Of a stretch of 64,000 nt of DNA, positions 1 through 11,970 are shown piece by piece (within the stretch, counting starts at the first letter, position 1; each line of letters starts with the position of its first letter). The DNA is from Centroscyllium fabricii (Eukaryota): contig JBNRSN020000008.1 of assembly GCA_051313645.2 (NCBI GenBank), forward strand, positions 236,964,001 to 237,028,000. The letters are read 5' to 3'. The notes under the pieces are model-generated. The model did not search any database and was not told the DNA's origin. It saw only the letters and a list, made by a program, of their open reading frames with translations. Both the position numbers and the translations under genes were made by a program.

Positions 1-9
1 TGCTGTAAG

Positions 10-396
10 ATTCACAGATTCACAGAAGATAGAAGCAGGAGTAGGCCATTCGGCCCTTCGAGCCTGCTCCGCCATTCAATGAGATCATGGCTGATCATCC
101 CAACCCAGTACCCCGCCCCTGCCCTCTCCCCATATCCCTCGATCCCTATCGAGCCTGCACCGACACATATCCCACCCTATCCCCGTAACCCCAAATATTC
201 AATCCCCCAAACACTAAGGGTCAATTTATCATGGCCAATCGACCTAACCCGCACATCTTTGGACTGTGGGAGGAAACCCATGCAGACACGGGGAGAATGT
301 GCAAACTCCACACAGACAGTCACCCGAGGCCGGATTTGAACCCGGGTCTCTAGTGCTGTAAGGCAACAGTGCTAACCACTATGTCACCATGCCGTC
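10..396 (-). mobile_element. HE1-type tRNA-derived V-SINE with CR1 3' tail
   Basis: tRNA-like head on minus strand (A box TAGTGG, B box GGTTCAAATCC), conserved middle, CR1-type tail GAATGGCCTACTCCTGCT plus short tandem tail; homologous to other copies in the window. Confidence 0.85.
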
Positions 397-914
397 AATG
401 GTTTCTTACCATTTTCAGTTTTCCAATGCGTTTTGCTGACGGGAGTGCTGGGAAGGACAGAAGCATGCAGCAGGCTTTTGTGATATAATTGCATAATTTG
501 GCTGACAGTCACTGGGATTTAACGACTGACAATGGACAACACTGTAGGCAATTTACTAGTGTATATTACAGATAGATTTAATGCTAAATTTTAAATATCC
601 TTAATGCTTAACAAATTTTAAATGTCCTTAATGTTTAACGAAGATGTTTTGGGCACAGACCCTTCATCGAACTCTTATACAGGATTCGTCCAAGGGTCGG
701 TCCACAACCAAAATGCTAAATATCCTTTCTTTTTTCACGTGCTAGTAAACCTGTTGTATATTTCTAATATCTTCTGCTCTTATTTCAGATTTGCAGTTTT
801 CTTTTTGGATCTATTATAACTATCTATTAAAATTGTTATATAGAAAACAGCTGGGGTAACTGGGTTTACAAGATTCTGTTCACAATGGTTGATCTGACTG
901 TATATAACACACTT

Positions 915-1224
915 ACCACCTTACCATTTGTGGGGAAGAGCAAAACTAGAGGCCATCAATATAAGATAGGCACTAAGAGATCAAATAAGGAATTCAGAAG
1001 AAACTTCTCTACCCAGAGAGTGGAGAGAATGTGGAACTTGCTACCACAGGGAGTGGTTGAGACGAATGGTATCGATGCATTTAAGGGGAGGTTGAGAAGC
1101 ATATGAAGGAGAAGGGAATAGGGGGTTATGCTGATAGAGTTAGCTGAGGAAAGACAGGAGGAGGCTCGAGTGGAGCATAAACGCCAGCATGGACTGGTTG
1201 GGAATAATGGCCTGTTTCTGTGCA
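915..1224 (+). mobile_element. CR1 LINE 3' fragment
   Basis: ORF 885-1106 has the CR1 ORF2 C-terminal motif TRGH...RRNFSTQRVERMWNLLP...FK, followed by a CR1-type 3'UTR. Confidence 0.8.
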
Positions 1225-1261
1225 GGCGACAGTGCTAACCACTATGCCACCGTGCCGCCCC

Positions 1262-1618
1262 CATCTTCCGATTAGGCACTTTACAGCCCTCCAGACTCAA
1301 TATCCAGTTCAACAATTTCAGATCATAACTCCGGCCCCATTATATTTTTACCTCTTTTTTTCACACCTAATCAACTACTGTCTCCTGTCCACAGAATCTC
1401 GCCTCAGTCTTTTCTCTGTGTTGTCTCTTTTTGTTCCTTTCCCCGCCTCCCCCCCACCCCCTGCCTTCCTGCTTGTGTTTCATTCTCCAGTTTTGATGTA
1501 GGGTCTGAACCCGAAACGTCGACTCTATTTCTCTCCACCGATGTTGCCTGGCCTGCTGAGTTTTTCCAGCATTTTCTGTTGTTATTTCAGATTTCCAGCA
1601 TCTCCAGTAATTTGCTAT
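1262..1618 (+). mobile_element. Penelope-like element 3' end with degenerate hammerhead motif
   Basis: Similar to 28650-29152 (TTCCGATTAGGCACTTTACAGCC...CCCGAAACGTCGACTC...GCCTGGCCTGCTGAG). Confidence 0.7.
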
Positions 1619-1990
1619 AATCCAGGAAAGTGTCTGCCCAAATATGGCTGACTAATTAAATTAGGTGAACTTGACGGGAGTGACCTACACATTTGCCATC
1701 ATCTCAATGGCATCCACCAATGCCAGTATACAACAGGTGGTTGGCCGATCTCAGGGATACACATTGCCTCAAAATGTCAGCACTCTATGCAGGAGCACCA
1801 ACTGATATAGGACCTATTGACTGACAGTTCCACAACGCTGCATTATTCAATCACTTTCCAGAGGCCACAGCTTCAATTTCCTCCTCCATTCTACCTGGTT
1901 CTGCAGGTGACCGAGTGCAGCCACAGCTGCACTGACCTGTCCCCATTCCCAGTGGCAAACTCCCATGTGATAACCGGAATACAATAAAAA

Positions 1991-4905
1991 ATGGCGGCGC
2001 GCACGATCGCAGCGGCTTTGTCTCTCCCGAAACAATTTCTTCAGTTCTTCTTCTTCATCCTAATCATCCTAGGTCTGGTCTCTAGGAAAACGAGCGCAGA
2101 CCTCCGCTACAGCAGGCAAGCCCTTCTCGACATCGGGGCTGGCTGTGGAGCACTTTCACTGGGAGATCGCGAATTCGATCTCCCAGCTGAAATTAAGGCA
2201 GCAGCGGCAGCGTGGAGCCCAGCGGGGGGCCGTCGGAGGCACAGAAGGGAACACAGGCAGGAGAGGTAAGAGAGCAGGGACCCTCAGCAGGCTGAAGAGG
2301 GCCCCTCTCAAACCCTCTCTGCCCAGCATCTACATGGCCAATGTCAGGTCCCTAGGGAGTAAAATTGGTGAAATTAAACTTGGCCTCTCCACACAGACCA
2401 GGATCAAGGAATGCTGCGCCATGATCTTTACAGAGACCTGGCTGAACGATGGCATTCATGACTCCGCCATCCAGCTGGCGGGTGTCACGGTCTTCCGCGC
2501 CGACAGAACCGCCAACTTGAAGGGAAGCGGCCTGTGCATCTACATGAACAACGCCTGGGGCACGAACGCGGAACTGATCGAAAGTTCCTGCTCCGCCAAT
2601 CTGGAATTCCTCACTGTAAAGTGCAGACCCTTCTACCTGCCTCGGGAATTTACGGCCGTCATCTTCACTGCGGTCTACATCCCTCAACACGCAAATGCCA
2701 AACTGGCACTCAAGGATCTCCATAGGGCCATCAGCGAGCAGCAGACCGCGCATCCGGAAGGAGCCTTTATCGTGGCGGGGGACTTCAACCACGCTAACCT
2801 CAAATCCGTACTACCGAAATTTCACAAGAATATCTCCTGCCCCACGAGGGGCGAGAACACACTGGACCAGGTCTACACCAACATCGCAGAGGCTTACAAA
2901 GCCATCCCGTGCCCCCACCTTGGGAATTCCGACCACCTTTCACTGTTCCTCGCCCCAGCATACAAACCACTCATCAAAAGGGTGAAGGCTTCCGCCAAAA
3001 CAGTCAGGGTATGGCCAGAAGGGGCAGTCTCAGAGCTACAAGACTGCTTTGAATGCACTGAATGGAGCATGTTCGCTCACACGGACATCGAGGATTACGC
3101 ATCCGCAGTGCTTTTTTACATCAACAGCTGTGTCGAGGTGGTCACTACCCAAAAAAACATCAAGACATTCCCCAACCAGAAACCCTGGATGAACGGGGAG
3201 GTCCGCTCGCTGCTGAAGGCGCGTGACATAGCTTTCAAATCTGGGGATGTGGCGGCTTACAGCACAGCCAGGGCCAACCTAAAGAGGGGTATCAGGTCTG
3301 CCAAACAAAATCAGACACTGAAGATAGAGGAACACTTTCACAACAACTCGGACCCTCGACGTATGTGGCAAGGCATACAGTCCACCACGGACTATAAGTG
3401 CAAAAACACCAGCCCCCCGACCAGCGATGCCTCCCTACCAGAGGAACTCAACAACTTCTACGCTCGCTTCGACAGGGACAACAGGGAACCAGCCACCAAA
3501 GTCCTGCAATCCCCGGAAGACCAGCCATTAACACTGTCCTGCTCCGACGTAAGAGGTGCTCTACGTGGAGTGAACGCACGGAAGGCCGCGGGTCCTGATG
3601 GCATCCCCGGCCGGGCATTCAAAGACTGTGCCGACCAACTGGCTGAAGTCTTCACTGACATCTTCAACCTGTCACTGGCGAAGGCAGCTGTCCCTACCTG
3701 CTTCAAGACCACCACCATCATCCCTGTGCCCAAGAAAACGGCCGTGACGTGCCTGAACGACTACCGCCCTGTCGCACTTACACCCATTATCATGAAGTGT
3801 TTCGAGCGGCTGGTCCTGGCCCACATCAAAGCCAGCATCCCCGCCGCCCTGGACCAATACCAGTTAGCCTACTGTGGGAAGATGCTATCACTACGGCGCT
3901 TCACTCTGCACTAAACCACCTGGATAGCAAAGACACGTATATCAGAATGCTGTTTATTGACTACAGCTCAGCATTCAACACCATCGTCCCCAGCAAATTG
4001 TCTAACAAACCCCTCACCCTCGGCCTGTACACCTCTCTCTGCAACTGGACCCTGGACGACTTAACCAACAGACCACAGTCTGTGAAGTTAGGCAAACTCA
4101 CCTCCCCCCCCTCTTCCCCCCTTACCCTGAACACGGGGGCCCCACAAGGCTGTGTGCTGAGCCCCCTCCTCTACTCCCTCTTCACTCACAACTGTGCGGC
4201 TGTCCATGGCTCCAACACGATCATAAAGTTTGCGGATGACACCACGGTGGTTGGCCAGATCACCAACGACGAGTTAGCCAACAGGGATGAGATCCAGCGC
4301 CTTGTGGAATGGTGTGCCGACAACAACCTGGCACTGAACACCAAGAAAACTAAGGAGATCATAGTAGACTTCAGGAGGACTGAAAGCAGAAGACACACAC
4401 CCATCTTCATCCAAGGGGTTGAGGTGGAAAGGGTGTCCAGCTTCAAGTTCCTCGGGGTCCACATCTCGGAAGACCTCTCCTGGTCACTAAACACCTCCTC
4501 TCTGGTTAAGGCGGCCCAACAGCGCCTGTACTTCCTACGGAAGCTGAAGGCCGCCAGGCTGTCATCCGGCATCCTCTCCAACTTCTACCGCTGCACAATC
4601 GAAAGCATACTGACAAGCTGCATCACTGTCTGGTATGGAAATTGCACCATCTCAGACCGGAAGACCCTGCAGCGGGTAGTCAAAACTGCCCACCGAATCA
4701 CCGGTACCCAGCTACCGTCAATAGAAAGCATCTACCTCAAACGCTGCCTACGGAGGTCTCTGAACATTATTAAAGACCCCCACACACCCCAGCCACAGTC
4801 TGTTCGCCCCCCTGCCCTCCGGGAGACGCTACAGATCAATTCGCACCCGCACGACTAGATTTAAGAACAGCTTCTTCCCCAGGGCTCTCAGCCTCCTGAA
4901 CTGTA
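1991..4905 (+). pseudogene. Rex1/Babar EN-RT polyprotein, frameshifted near 2260, 3875 and 4780
   Basis: Consecutive ORFs 1991-2269 (YSRQALLDIG), 2145-3914 and 3749-4858 join into one EN-RT protein. Confidence 0.85.
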
Positions 4906-4921
4906 AAAATAAACTCCGGTA

Positions 4922-5451
4922 CAGGTTGTGCACCATTAATCCGTGTCCCGAATAGCCGGCAGCTTCAGTCTGCCGGCACAAATTGCCCCGACTGCACCGC
5001 GCATGCGCAAGATGGCAGCCGTCATCGTGGCTTCAGCAAATGATCTGCGCATGCGCCGAGCGCATGCGCAGATCATTCAAAACGCTGCCGGGTGTTTTGA
5101 TTGATCTGCGCATGCGTCTCCGGACGGTTAGCGCATGCGCAGATAATTCAATACGGCCGCCGGTTATTTTCTCCACAGCTGAGCCCCGTGACTGAGGCGG
5201 ACAGTCACTAGGCAACAGCTGTCAGCCTGAGTCCAGCTCGGCGGCAGCAGCAACCCGAAAGGAGATGGAGAGGGACAGCGGACCCGGGCCCGATATGCGC
5301 ATGCGTGCGCCAGCCAACTCAATGCTGCGCGCATGCGCGCGGCCACTTTGCCTGGTGCGCATGCGCAGTGTCCAACCTCGTTCTCCCGGTTTTTTCCATT
5401 TCCCGGCACGGGCCTGGTCCCGCCCGTGGCGGATTAATGGTGCACAACCTG
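4922..5451. mobile_element. MITE family 1 (Tc1/mariner-pogo/Tigger-like, CAGGTTG TIRs, TA TSD)
   Basis: TA|CAGGTTGTGCACCATTAATCCG ... CGGATTAATGGTGCACAACCTG|TA; inverted homolog at 22663-23193. Confidence 0.9.
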
Positions 5452-6204
5452 TACCTGCACACCTGAAAATGTACTTTACTGTATGCATTTGCATGTAATT
5501 TATTTGCACTACTCTCGGGAGCGTCGAGTCTTCGTCTCGTTGTATTGTACTAGTACTCTGCAATGACAATAAAACTTGAATTGAATTGAATTACCACCAG
5601 GTGCTCACCCAAAGAATTGAAATTAGGCTAGCACCATGAAATTAGCCAGGGTCACTGGTAGGTCAGTAGCAGGTCAGTAATGTACCTGGTCAGCTCAACT
5701 TCGATCTCGTGGACTAAGTGCTATTGAGTATAATAACTTGAGAGACAGGATAACATCCAGCTCACCACAAGTAAACCAACAGGATATCTAGGAGTACAAC
5801 ATATAGATACAGGCATATATTTCAGTAACAGAAACTTCCACTGTGAAATACTTCCCCCATCTCCACGCATAAACAAGACGTTTGCACTCATACAAGACAT
5901 TTATTTTCCTCTCCAAGACCCATCATTTTGGACAACATCCTGAACTGCTTAGCTGACGACAACTACAGACCTCATCGGCAATCAGTATCCAAGGCAAGAA
6001 AAGAGCGATCAGGCATACCAGCCAGAGACTCCAGTACTGCCAGCGTGCTTAATTGCCCTTTTATACTACAATTTAATTTTACAAAGCGGTTATCTTTTAA
6101 TTCTCCCTCTACTATTAACACCATTCTACAAAAAAGACAGCCTTAATAGTAGCCAGTGCAGAAGAGATATTAATGCCTTGCACTTCAGGGTGTCGAGCAC
6201 AATT

Positions 6205-6650
6205 TCAAAATGTGCAGATGAGACAAGACTTGGAAGTGTTTGTAAACAGTGAGGAAGATAGTACAGGAAACTCTCGTTTAAAAGAATGAGGAGAGACAAC
6301 ACAAGCTAAATGGTACAATTTTGAGGTGTGCAAGAACAGAGACCCCTGGGGGTGCTTGTGCACAAATCTTTGAAGGTGGCAGGACAGGTTAACAAAGCAT
6401 CTGGGATCCTGGGCTTTATAAATCGAAGCAGAGAGTACAAAAGCCAGAATGAAACACGAGTTCAGCCCCAGCTGGAGTATTGCGTCCAATTCTGGGCACC
6501 ACACTTTAGGAAGGATGGGAAGACTTGACAGGGGATAAAGAGAATTGTTCCAGGGATGAGGGATTACAGTTTCGTGCAAATGCATTGCAAAAATGTTTTT
6601 TTCCTTTAGGAACTGCCCCAATGACTGGAGATTGCAGATGATGCATTCTC
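6205..6650 (+). mobile_element. Degenerate CR1 RT fragment
   Basis: LGVLVHKSLKV...LGFINRS...PQLEYCVQFWAPHFRKD. Confidence 0.7.
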
Positions 6651-6651
6651 A

Positions 6652-7342
6652 ACATAGAAACATAGAAGATAGGAGCAGGAGTCGGCCATTCAGCCCTTCG
6701 AGCCTGCTCCGCCATTCAATGAGATTATGACTGGTCATCCAAACCCAGCACCCCGCCCCTGCCTTCTCCCCATATCCCTCGATCCATATCGAGCCTGCAT
6801 CGACACATATCCCACCCTATCCCCGTAACCCCACATATTTAATCCCCCTAACACTAAGGGTCAATTTAATATAATAATAATAATTCAAACTTTATTGTCA
6901 TTATACAATGTACAAGTACATGGACAACAAAATGTGATCTTGCAAGCTCCCAAGAGTCCAGCAAAGCCGCTGCGTCTGTGCGCATCTTTCCATCATTCCG
7001 ACAATCTTCAGCCAACCGCCCCTCCCCGGGGCTCCTTTCGTGACCTTCTGCACCTGGTATTCCCTGGTGGTCACCCATCCAAGTACTAACCAGGCCTGGC
7101 TCTGCTTAGCTTCCAAGCTTTGCCAGTGACCCTGTCCCTAGTCCCAGGAACAGGGCTCATTTATCCTGGCCAATCAACCTAACCCGCACATCTTTGGACT
7201 GTGGGAGGAAACCGGAGCACCCGGAGGAAGCCCGCGCAGACACGGGGAGAATGTGCAAACTCCACACAGTTAGTACCCGAGGCTGGATTTGAACCCGGGT
7301 CTCTAGTGCTGTGAGACAACAGTGCTAACCACTATGCCGCCC
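6652..7342 (-). mobile_element. HE1-type SINE, interrupted at 6869-7158
   Basis: Same sequence as other HE1 copies; split at GGGTCAATTTA|TCCTGGCC. Confidence 0.85.
6869..7158 (-). mobile_element. 5S rRNA-derived SINE (SINE3-like) with Rex1-type tail
   Basis: 7044-7117 minus matches the 3' half of 5S rRNA (GGAAGCTAAGCAG...GCCTGGTTAGTACTTGGATGG...GGGAATACC.GGTGC); tail AATGACAATAAAGTTTGAA(TTA)n; ATTTA duplicated at both junctions. Confidence 0.75.
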
Positions 7343-7670
7343 TGAGTACCAAACAACTGAGTGGTTTCATACTCGGAAACCAGGAACCTCTTCTCAACCT
7401 AGCTGTCCTGCTACAGAATGAGTCCAGTTTAAAATTGCTTTTTATGTTTTGCATGGTCAAAAAATCTGTTGAATACATCCACAGGTTTTGCAAAGAAAGT
7501 TCCCAAGAGCTAGGGAACACAGCCTAGTTATGGCATTAATAGACCATAGGCGTATCCATTATAGATGGCACCAAATTACACTACAAATGCTGTAATGTTG
7601 TGTTTCAGTCACTCAACCTGGGGAGCTGTATGTTTGTCACCTCTACCTTGTGGCACCAGTGTGACTTCTA

Positions 7671-10150
7671 TTTAGATGACGAGAAATGAGTAATTACCGA
7701 TCTTGTGGTATGGGGCCCCTTGGGTGAGTGATCATAACATGATAGAATTCAATTCCTCATTAGGATGGAGAGTGAGGTAGTGGAATCAGAGACTCGGGTC
7801 CTGAATCTAAATAAGGGAAACTATGATGGTATGAGGTGCGAATTAGGTAGGATTGACTGGGGAATGTCACTCAAAGGGTTGACAGTAAATAGGCAATGGC
7901 AAATATTCAAAGGCTGCATGGATAAACTACAGAAGTGTTCATCCCAGTGTGGCACAAGAATAAAACAAAAAGGGTATCGCAACGCTGACGAGAGAAATTA
8001 GGGATAGCATAAGATCAAAGGAAAGGGCATATAAACTGGCCAAAAAAAGCAGTAACCCTGAGGATTGGGAACAGTTTAGGATTCAACAAAGGAGGACAAA
8101 GGGATTAATTAAGAAGGGGGAAATAGAATATGAAAGTAAGCTTGCAGGGAATATAAAAACTGACTAAGAGCTTTTATAGATAGTGAAGAGAAAAAGATTA
8201 GTGAAATCAAGTGTAGGTCCCTTACAGTCAGAAGCAGGGGAAGTGATAATGGGGAACAAAGAAATGGCTGACCAATTAAATGCATATTTTGGTTCTGTCT
8301 TCACAAAGGAGGACACTAGTAATCTCCCAGAGATAACATAAGGTTTGATGAAAGGGAGGAACTGAAAGAAATCCGTATTTGCAGGGAAATGGTGTTGGGG
8401 AAATTGATGGGATTAAAGGCTGTTAAATCCCCAGGGCCTGATAATCTACATCCTAGGGTACTTAAGGAAGTGGCCCTAGAAATAAATAGTGGCTGCATTA
8501 CTGATCATCTTCCAGCAATCGATGGAATCTGGAATTGTACCCATGGATTGGAGGGTGGCTAATGTTACCCCACTATTCAAAAAGGGTGGGAGAGAGAAAG
8601 CGGGGAATTACAGACCAGTAAGCCTGACATCAGTAGTGGGGAAGATGCTGGAGTCCATAATAAAGGATTTAATAGCTGAGCACTTGAAAATCAGTGGCAG
8701 GATCGGACAAAGTCAATATGAATTTATAAAAGGTAAATCATGCTTGACTAATCTACTGGAATTTTTTGAGGATGTAACTGGGAAAATTGATCAGGGAGAA
8801 TTAGTAGATGTGGTGTACTTAGAATTTCAGAAGGCGTTCGACAAGGTACCACACAAGAGATTAGCATGTAAAGTTAGGGCACATGGGATTGGGGGCAAGG
8901 TATTGACTTGGATTGAGAATTGGTTGGCAGACAGAAAGCAGAGAGTAGGAGTAAATGGGTCTTTTTCCGAGTGGCAGGCAGTGACTAGTGGGGTAACGCA
9001 GGGATCGGTCCTGGGACCCCAGCTATTCATAATATACATTAATGATTTAGAAAAGGGAACTAAATGTAATGTCTCCAAGTTTGCAGATGACACAAAGCTG
9101 GGAGGTCGTGTGTGCTGCGAGGAGGATACCAGGAAGCTCCAGGATGATTTGGACAGGTTGGGCGAGTGGGCTGAGACGTGGCAGATGCAGTATAATGTGG
9201 ATAAATGCGAGGTTATCCACTTTGGGGGCAAAAACAAATGCCGACTATTATCTGAATGGCAATAGATTGGGAGAAGGGGAAGTACAACGAGACCTGGGTG
9301 TCCTTGTGCACCAGTAACTGAAGGTGAGCATGCAGGTGCAGCAGGTGGTTAAGAAGCAAATGGCATGTTGTCCGTCATAGCGAAAGGGTTCGAGTACAGG
9401 AACAGGGAGGTCTTACTGCAGTTGTACAGTTGTAAGAAGTCACACAACACCAGGTTATAGTCCAACAATTTTATTTGAAATCATTTCATTTGAACCTGGT
9501 AACCTGGTGTTGTGTGACTTCTTACAATTGTCCACCCCAGTCCAACACCAGCACCTCCACATCATGGCTGCAGTTGTACAGGGCCTTGGTGAGACCACAC
9601 CTTGGTACTGTGCGCAATTTTGGTCTCCTTATCTAAGGAAGGACGTTCTTGCCATGGAGGGAGTGCAGAGAAGATTCACCAGGCTGATACCTGGGATGGC
9701 AGGAATGACGTATGGAGAGACTGGGTAGACTGGGTTTGTACTCTCTGGAGTTTAGAAGATTGAGAGGGGATCTCATCGAAACGTATAAAATTCTAACTGG
9801 TCTGGACAAACTTGATGCAGGAAGAATTTTCCCGATGATCGGAGAGTCCAGAACCAGGGGTCATAGTCTAAGGATAAGGGGTAACTCATTTAGGACAGAG
9901 ATGAGGAGGAATTTCTTCACCCAGAGAGTGGTGAACCTATGGAATTCTCTGCCACAGAGGCCGGTGGAGGCTAGTTCATTGAATATATTCAAGAATGAGC
10001 TGGATGTATTTCTTAAGGCTAGAGGGATCAAGGGATATGAGGAGAAGGTAGGGACAGGGTACTGAGTTTGGATGATCAGCCATGATCTCATTGAATGGCA
10101 GAGCAGGCTCGAGGGGCCGAATGGCCTACTCCTATCTTCTATGTTTCTAC
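7671..10150 (+). mobile_element. CR1 (HER1-like) LINE, 5'-truncated and decayed
   Basis: ORF 8489-9265 (NYRPVSLTS, KAFDKVPH, GSVLGP, KFADDTK) and 9712-10065 C-terminus; CR1 3'UTR and TTCTATG tail. Confidence 0.92.
9430..9567. mobile_element. Short Penelope-type terminal fragment with an inverted segment, inserted in CR1
   Basis: 28-bp inverted repeat TTGTAAGAAGTCACACAACACCAGGTTA; 14-bp TSD CTGCAGTTGTACAG (9416-9429 and 9568-9581); same family at 21217, 54871 and 62915. Confidence 0.7.
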
Positions 10151-10867
10151 TACATTGAGCAGAGGACTTCTGAGTTTGCAGTTGTGAACGTGAATGAAAA
10201 ATGCAGTTACTGCTTCTCTACATCCCTACGCAATCCCCTCCCAAAGGAAACATCTGCTCCGTTAATGATTAAATAAACTCCATGTTGATTCAGTTGAGCA
10301 AAACACCATCACTGAGCTGTGTGTCACCAGCCGTTCCTAAATCCTCTCATTTTCCCCCTCTATTCAGTGAAGAACAGCATTATTGTTCCCTGCATTAACT
10401 GCCTTAATGGCTATTAAATCTACTATTTTTGGTTGTGGTTAGTATAGGTATTCTATTTAGTCTGTAATATTTCTCCAAGCCTTGTTAATCCTTATTCACT
10501 TTTTCTAATTAAAATAAGATGCACATACCCAAATGTCATTCTTATGACAGCACTAATCTCACAAGCAATGGAGGGGTTTTTATAGCATTGGCCACATGGT
10601 TAGACAAAAAATGTTTTTTTTGGGGTTTTTTTTTTAAACAGGCTCCTGCCTTTTTACATACTGCAGCTTACTAATAATAGTGACGAAACTGCCTGAATAC
10701 TGCTGATGTGGAAATGATACAATTTTGCTCGAAATACACTCTGGTGTGGGAAAGTCAGTGCTCTAGCCCACTGGTTTTCCGTGCAGATCGCCTATAAATT
10801 CTGGCATGCTCCAGCAGAACTGAAATATTATGCTAGTAAGTCAACAAATGCAGAAATCTGATGAAAG

Positions 10868-11970
10868 ACAGACTTGCATTTATATAGCGCCGGTCACGCC
10901 CACCAGACTTCCCAAAGTGATTGACAGCACAATGAAGTACTTTTTGAAGTGCAATCACTGTTGTAATGTAGGAAACATGGCAAACTCCCACAAACAGCAA
11001 TGTGATAATGGTCAGATAATCGGTTTTAGCAATGTTGTTTGAGGGATAAATATTGGCTAGGACACCAGAAATAGTGCCATGGGTTCTTTGATGCCCCGCT
11101 TTCACTGGAGGCTAAGAATATCAAGAATATCAAGAATCGTCACGCATCGAAATTCGTGGCGATTCGGCAAAAAAATGTGAAAATTCGTGGTGGATTCGGG
11201 AGGAGCTACGAATCCACTACGAATTGATTACGAATTATTCGTGCCGAATGTCAAGAATGGTTTAAGAAACAAGTACGAATTCAAAGAATCAGGTAAGAAT
11301 TTAACGAACTCACTTACGAATGTGCCGAATTACTGTACGAATCCACTACGACCGATTCGTACCTGATTCGTGGACATTCGTGCCTGTTTCGTGATGTATT
11401 CGGCGTGGGTCCACGAATTTGAGGGAGTCAAGAATGCCCAAGAATAGACAAGAATGCAGAAGAAGCGATTAAGAAACGGTTAAGAAGGATAAGAAAGGGT
11501 TAAGAACGATAAGAAAGGGTCACGAATTGTTTAGGAATCTATCACGAATTGGACATTCGTTAACCCTCCCACGAAATTTTTTGACAAACAAAAACTTTCT
11601 TGAAAAATCAAAGAAATCACGCGAACTTACGCGAACTCTACGAATCCTCTACGAATCCTCTACGAATCAACCACGAATCAACCACGAATCAACCACGAAT
11701 CAACCACGAATCGTTTACGAATTGCAAGAATTACCCACGAATCGGACAAATTTCAGAATCGGGACGATTCGGCAATTCGTAGCCTCCAGTGAAAGCGGGG
11801 CATTACGTCCACCTGACACAGTAGACGGGGCCTCGGTTTAACAGCACACCCGACAGTGCAGCACTGGAGTTTCAGCCTAGATTGTTGAGCTCAAGTCCGT
11901 GGTGTGGGACTTGAACACACAACCTTCTGACTCAGATGAGGGAGGGTACTGCAAACTGAGCCACTGGCTG
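10868..11970 (-). mobile_element. SacSINE1-like DeuSINE with L2-type tail, interrupted by a MITE
   Basis: CTTGCATTTATATAGCGC tail, GAGGGATAAATATTGGC.AGGACACC and GACAGTGCAGCACT Deu-like body, tRNA-like head near 11900-11970. Confidence 0.7.
11092..11802. mobile_element. PIF/Harbinger-like MITE rich in ACGAAT/AAGAAT repeats
   Basis: 22-bp TIR TGCCCCGCTTTCACTGGAGGCT / AGCCTCCAGTGAAAGCGGGGCA; flanks TGA/TTA. Confidence 0.8.

Larger units (their letters stand above)
1988..5592 (+). mobile_element. Rex1/Babar LINE, near full length, interrupted by a MITE in its 3'UTR
   Basis: 5' AAAATGGCGGCG start; APE endonuclease (MANVRSL, FTETWL, GDFN, SDH) and RT ([28 protein letters not shown]); 3' CAATGACAATAAA and (TTGAA)n tail. 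Confidence 0.9.

Noticed and set aside
7044-7117. 5S rRNA gene
   Set aside because: The 5' half is missing, it has several substitutions, and it sits within a retroposed unit
10665-10825. Possible exon 2 of the ZNF292/RLF-family gene (minus: TTCAG|..LLEHA...)
   Set aside because: Wrong phase for a phase-0 intron, in-frame stop, and no LEVY/ARPYL-like motif; exon 2 probably lies left of the window
11110-11780. CRISPR-like or coding repeats (ACGAAT arrays; ORFs 11527-11841 and 11600-11782)
   Set aside because: Irregular subterminal repeats inside a TIR-bounded MITE in a vertebrate genome; no repeat-spacer periodicity
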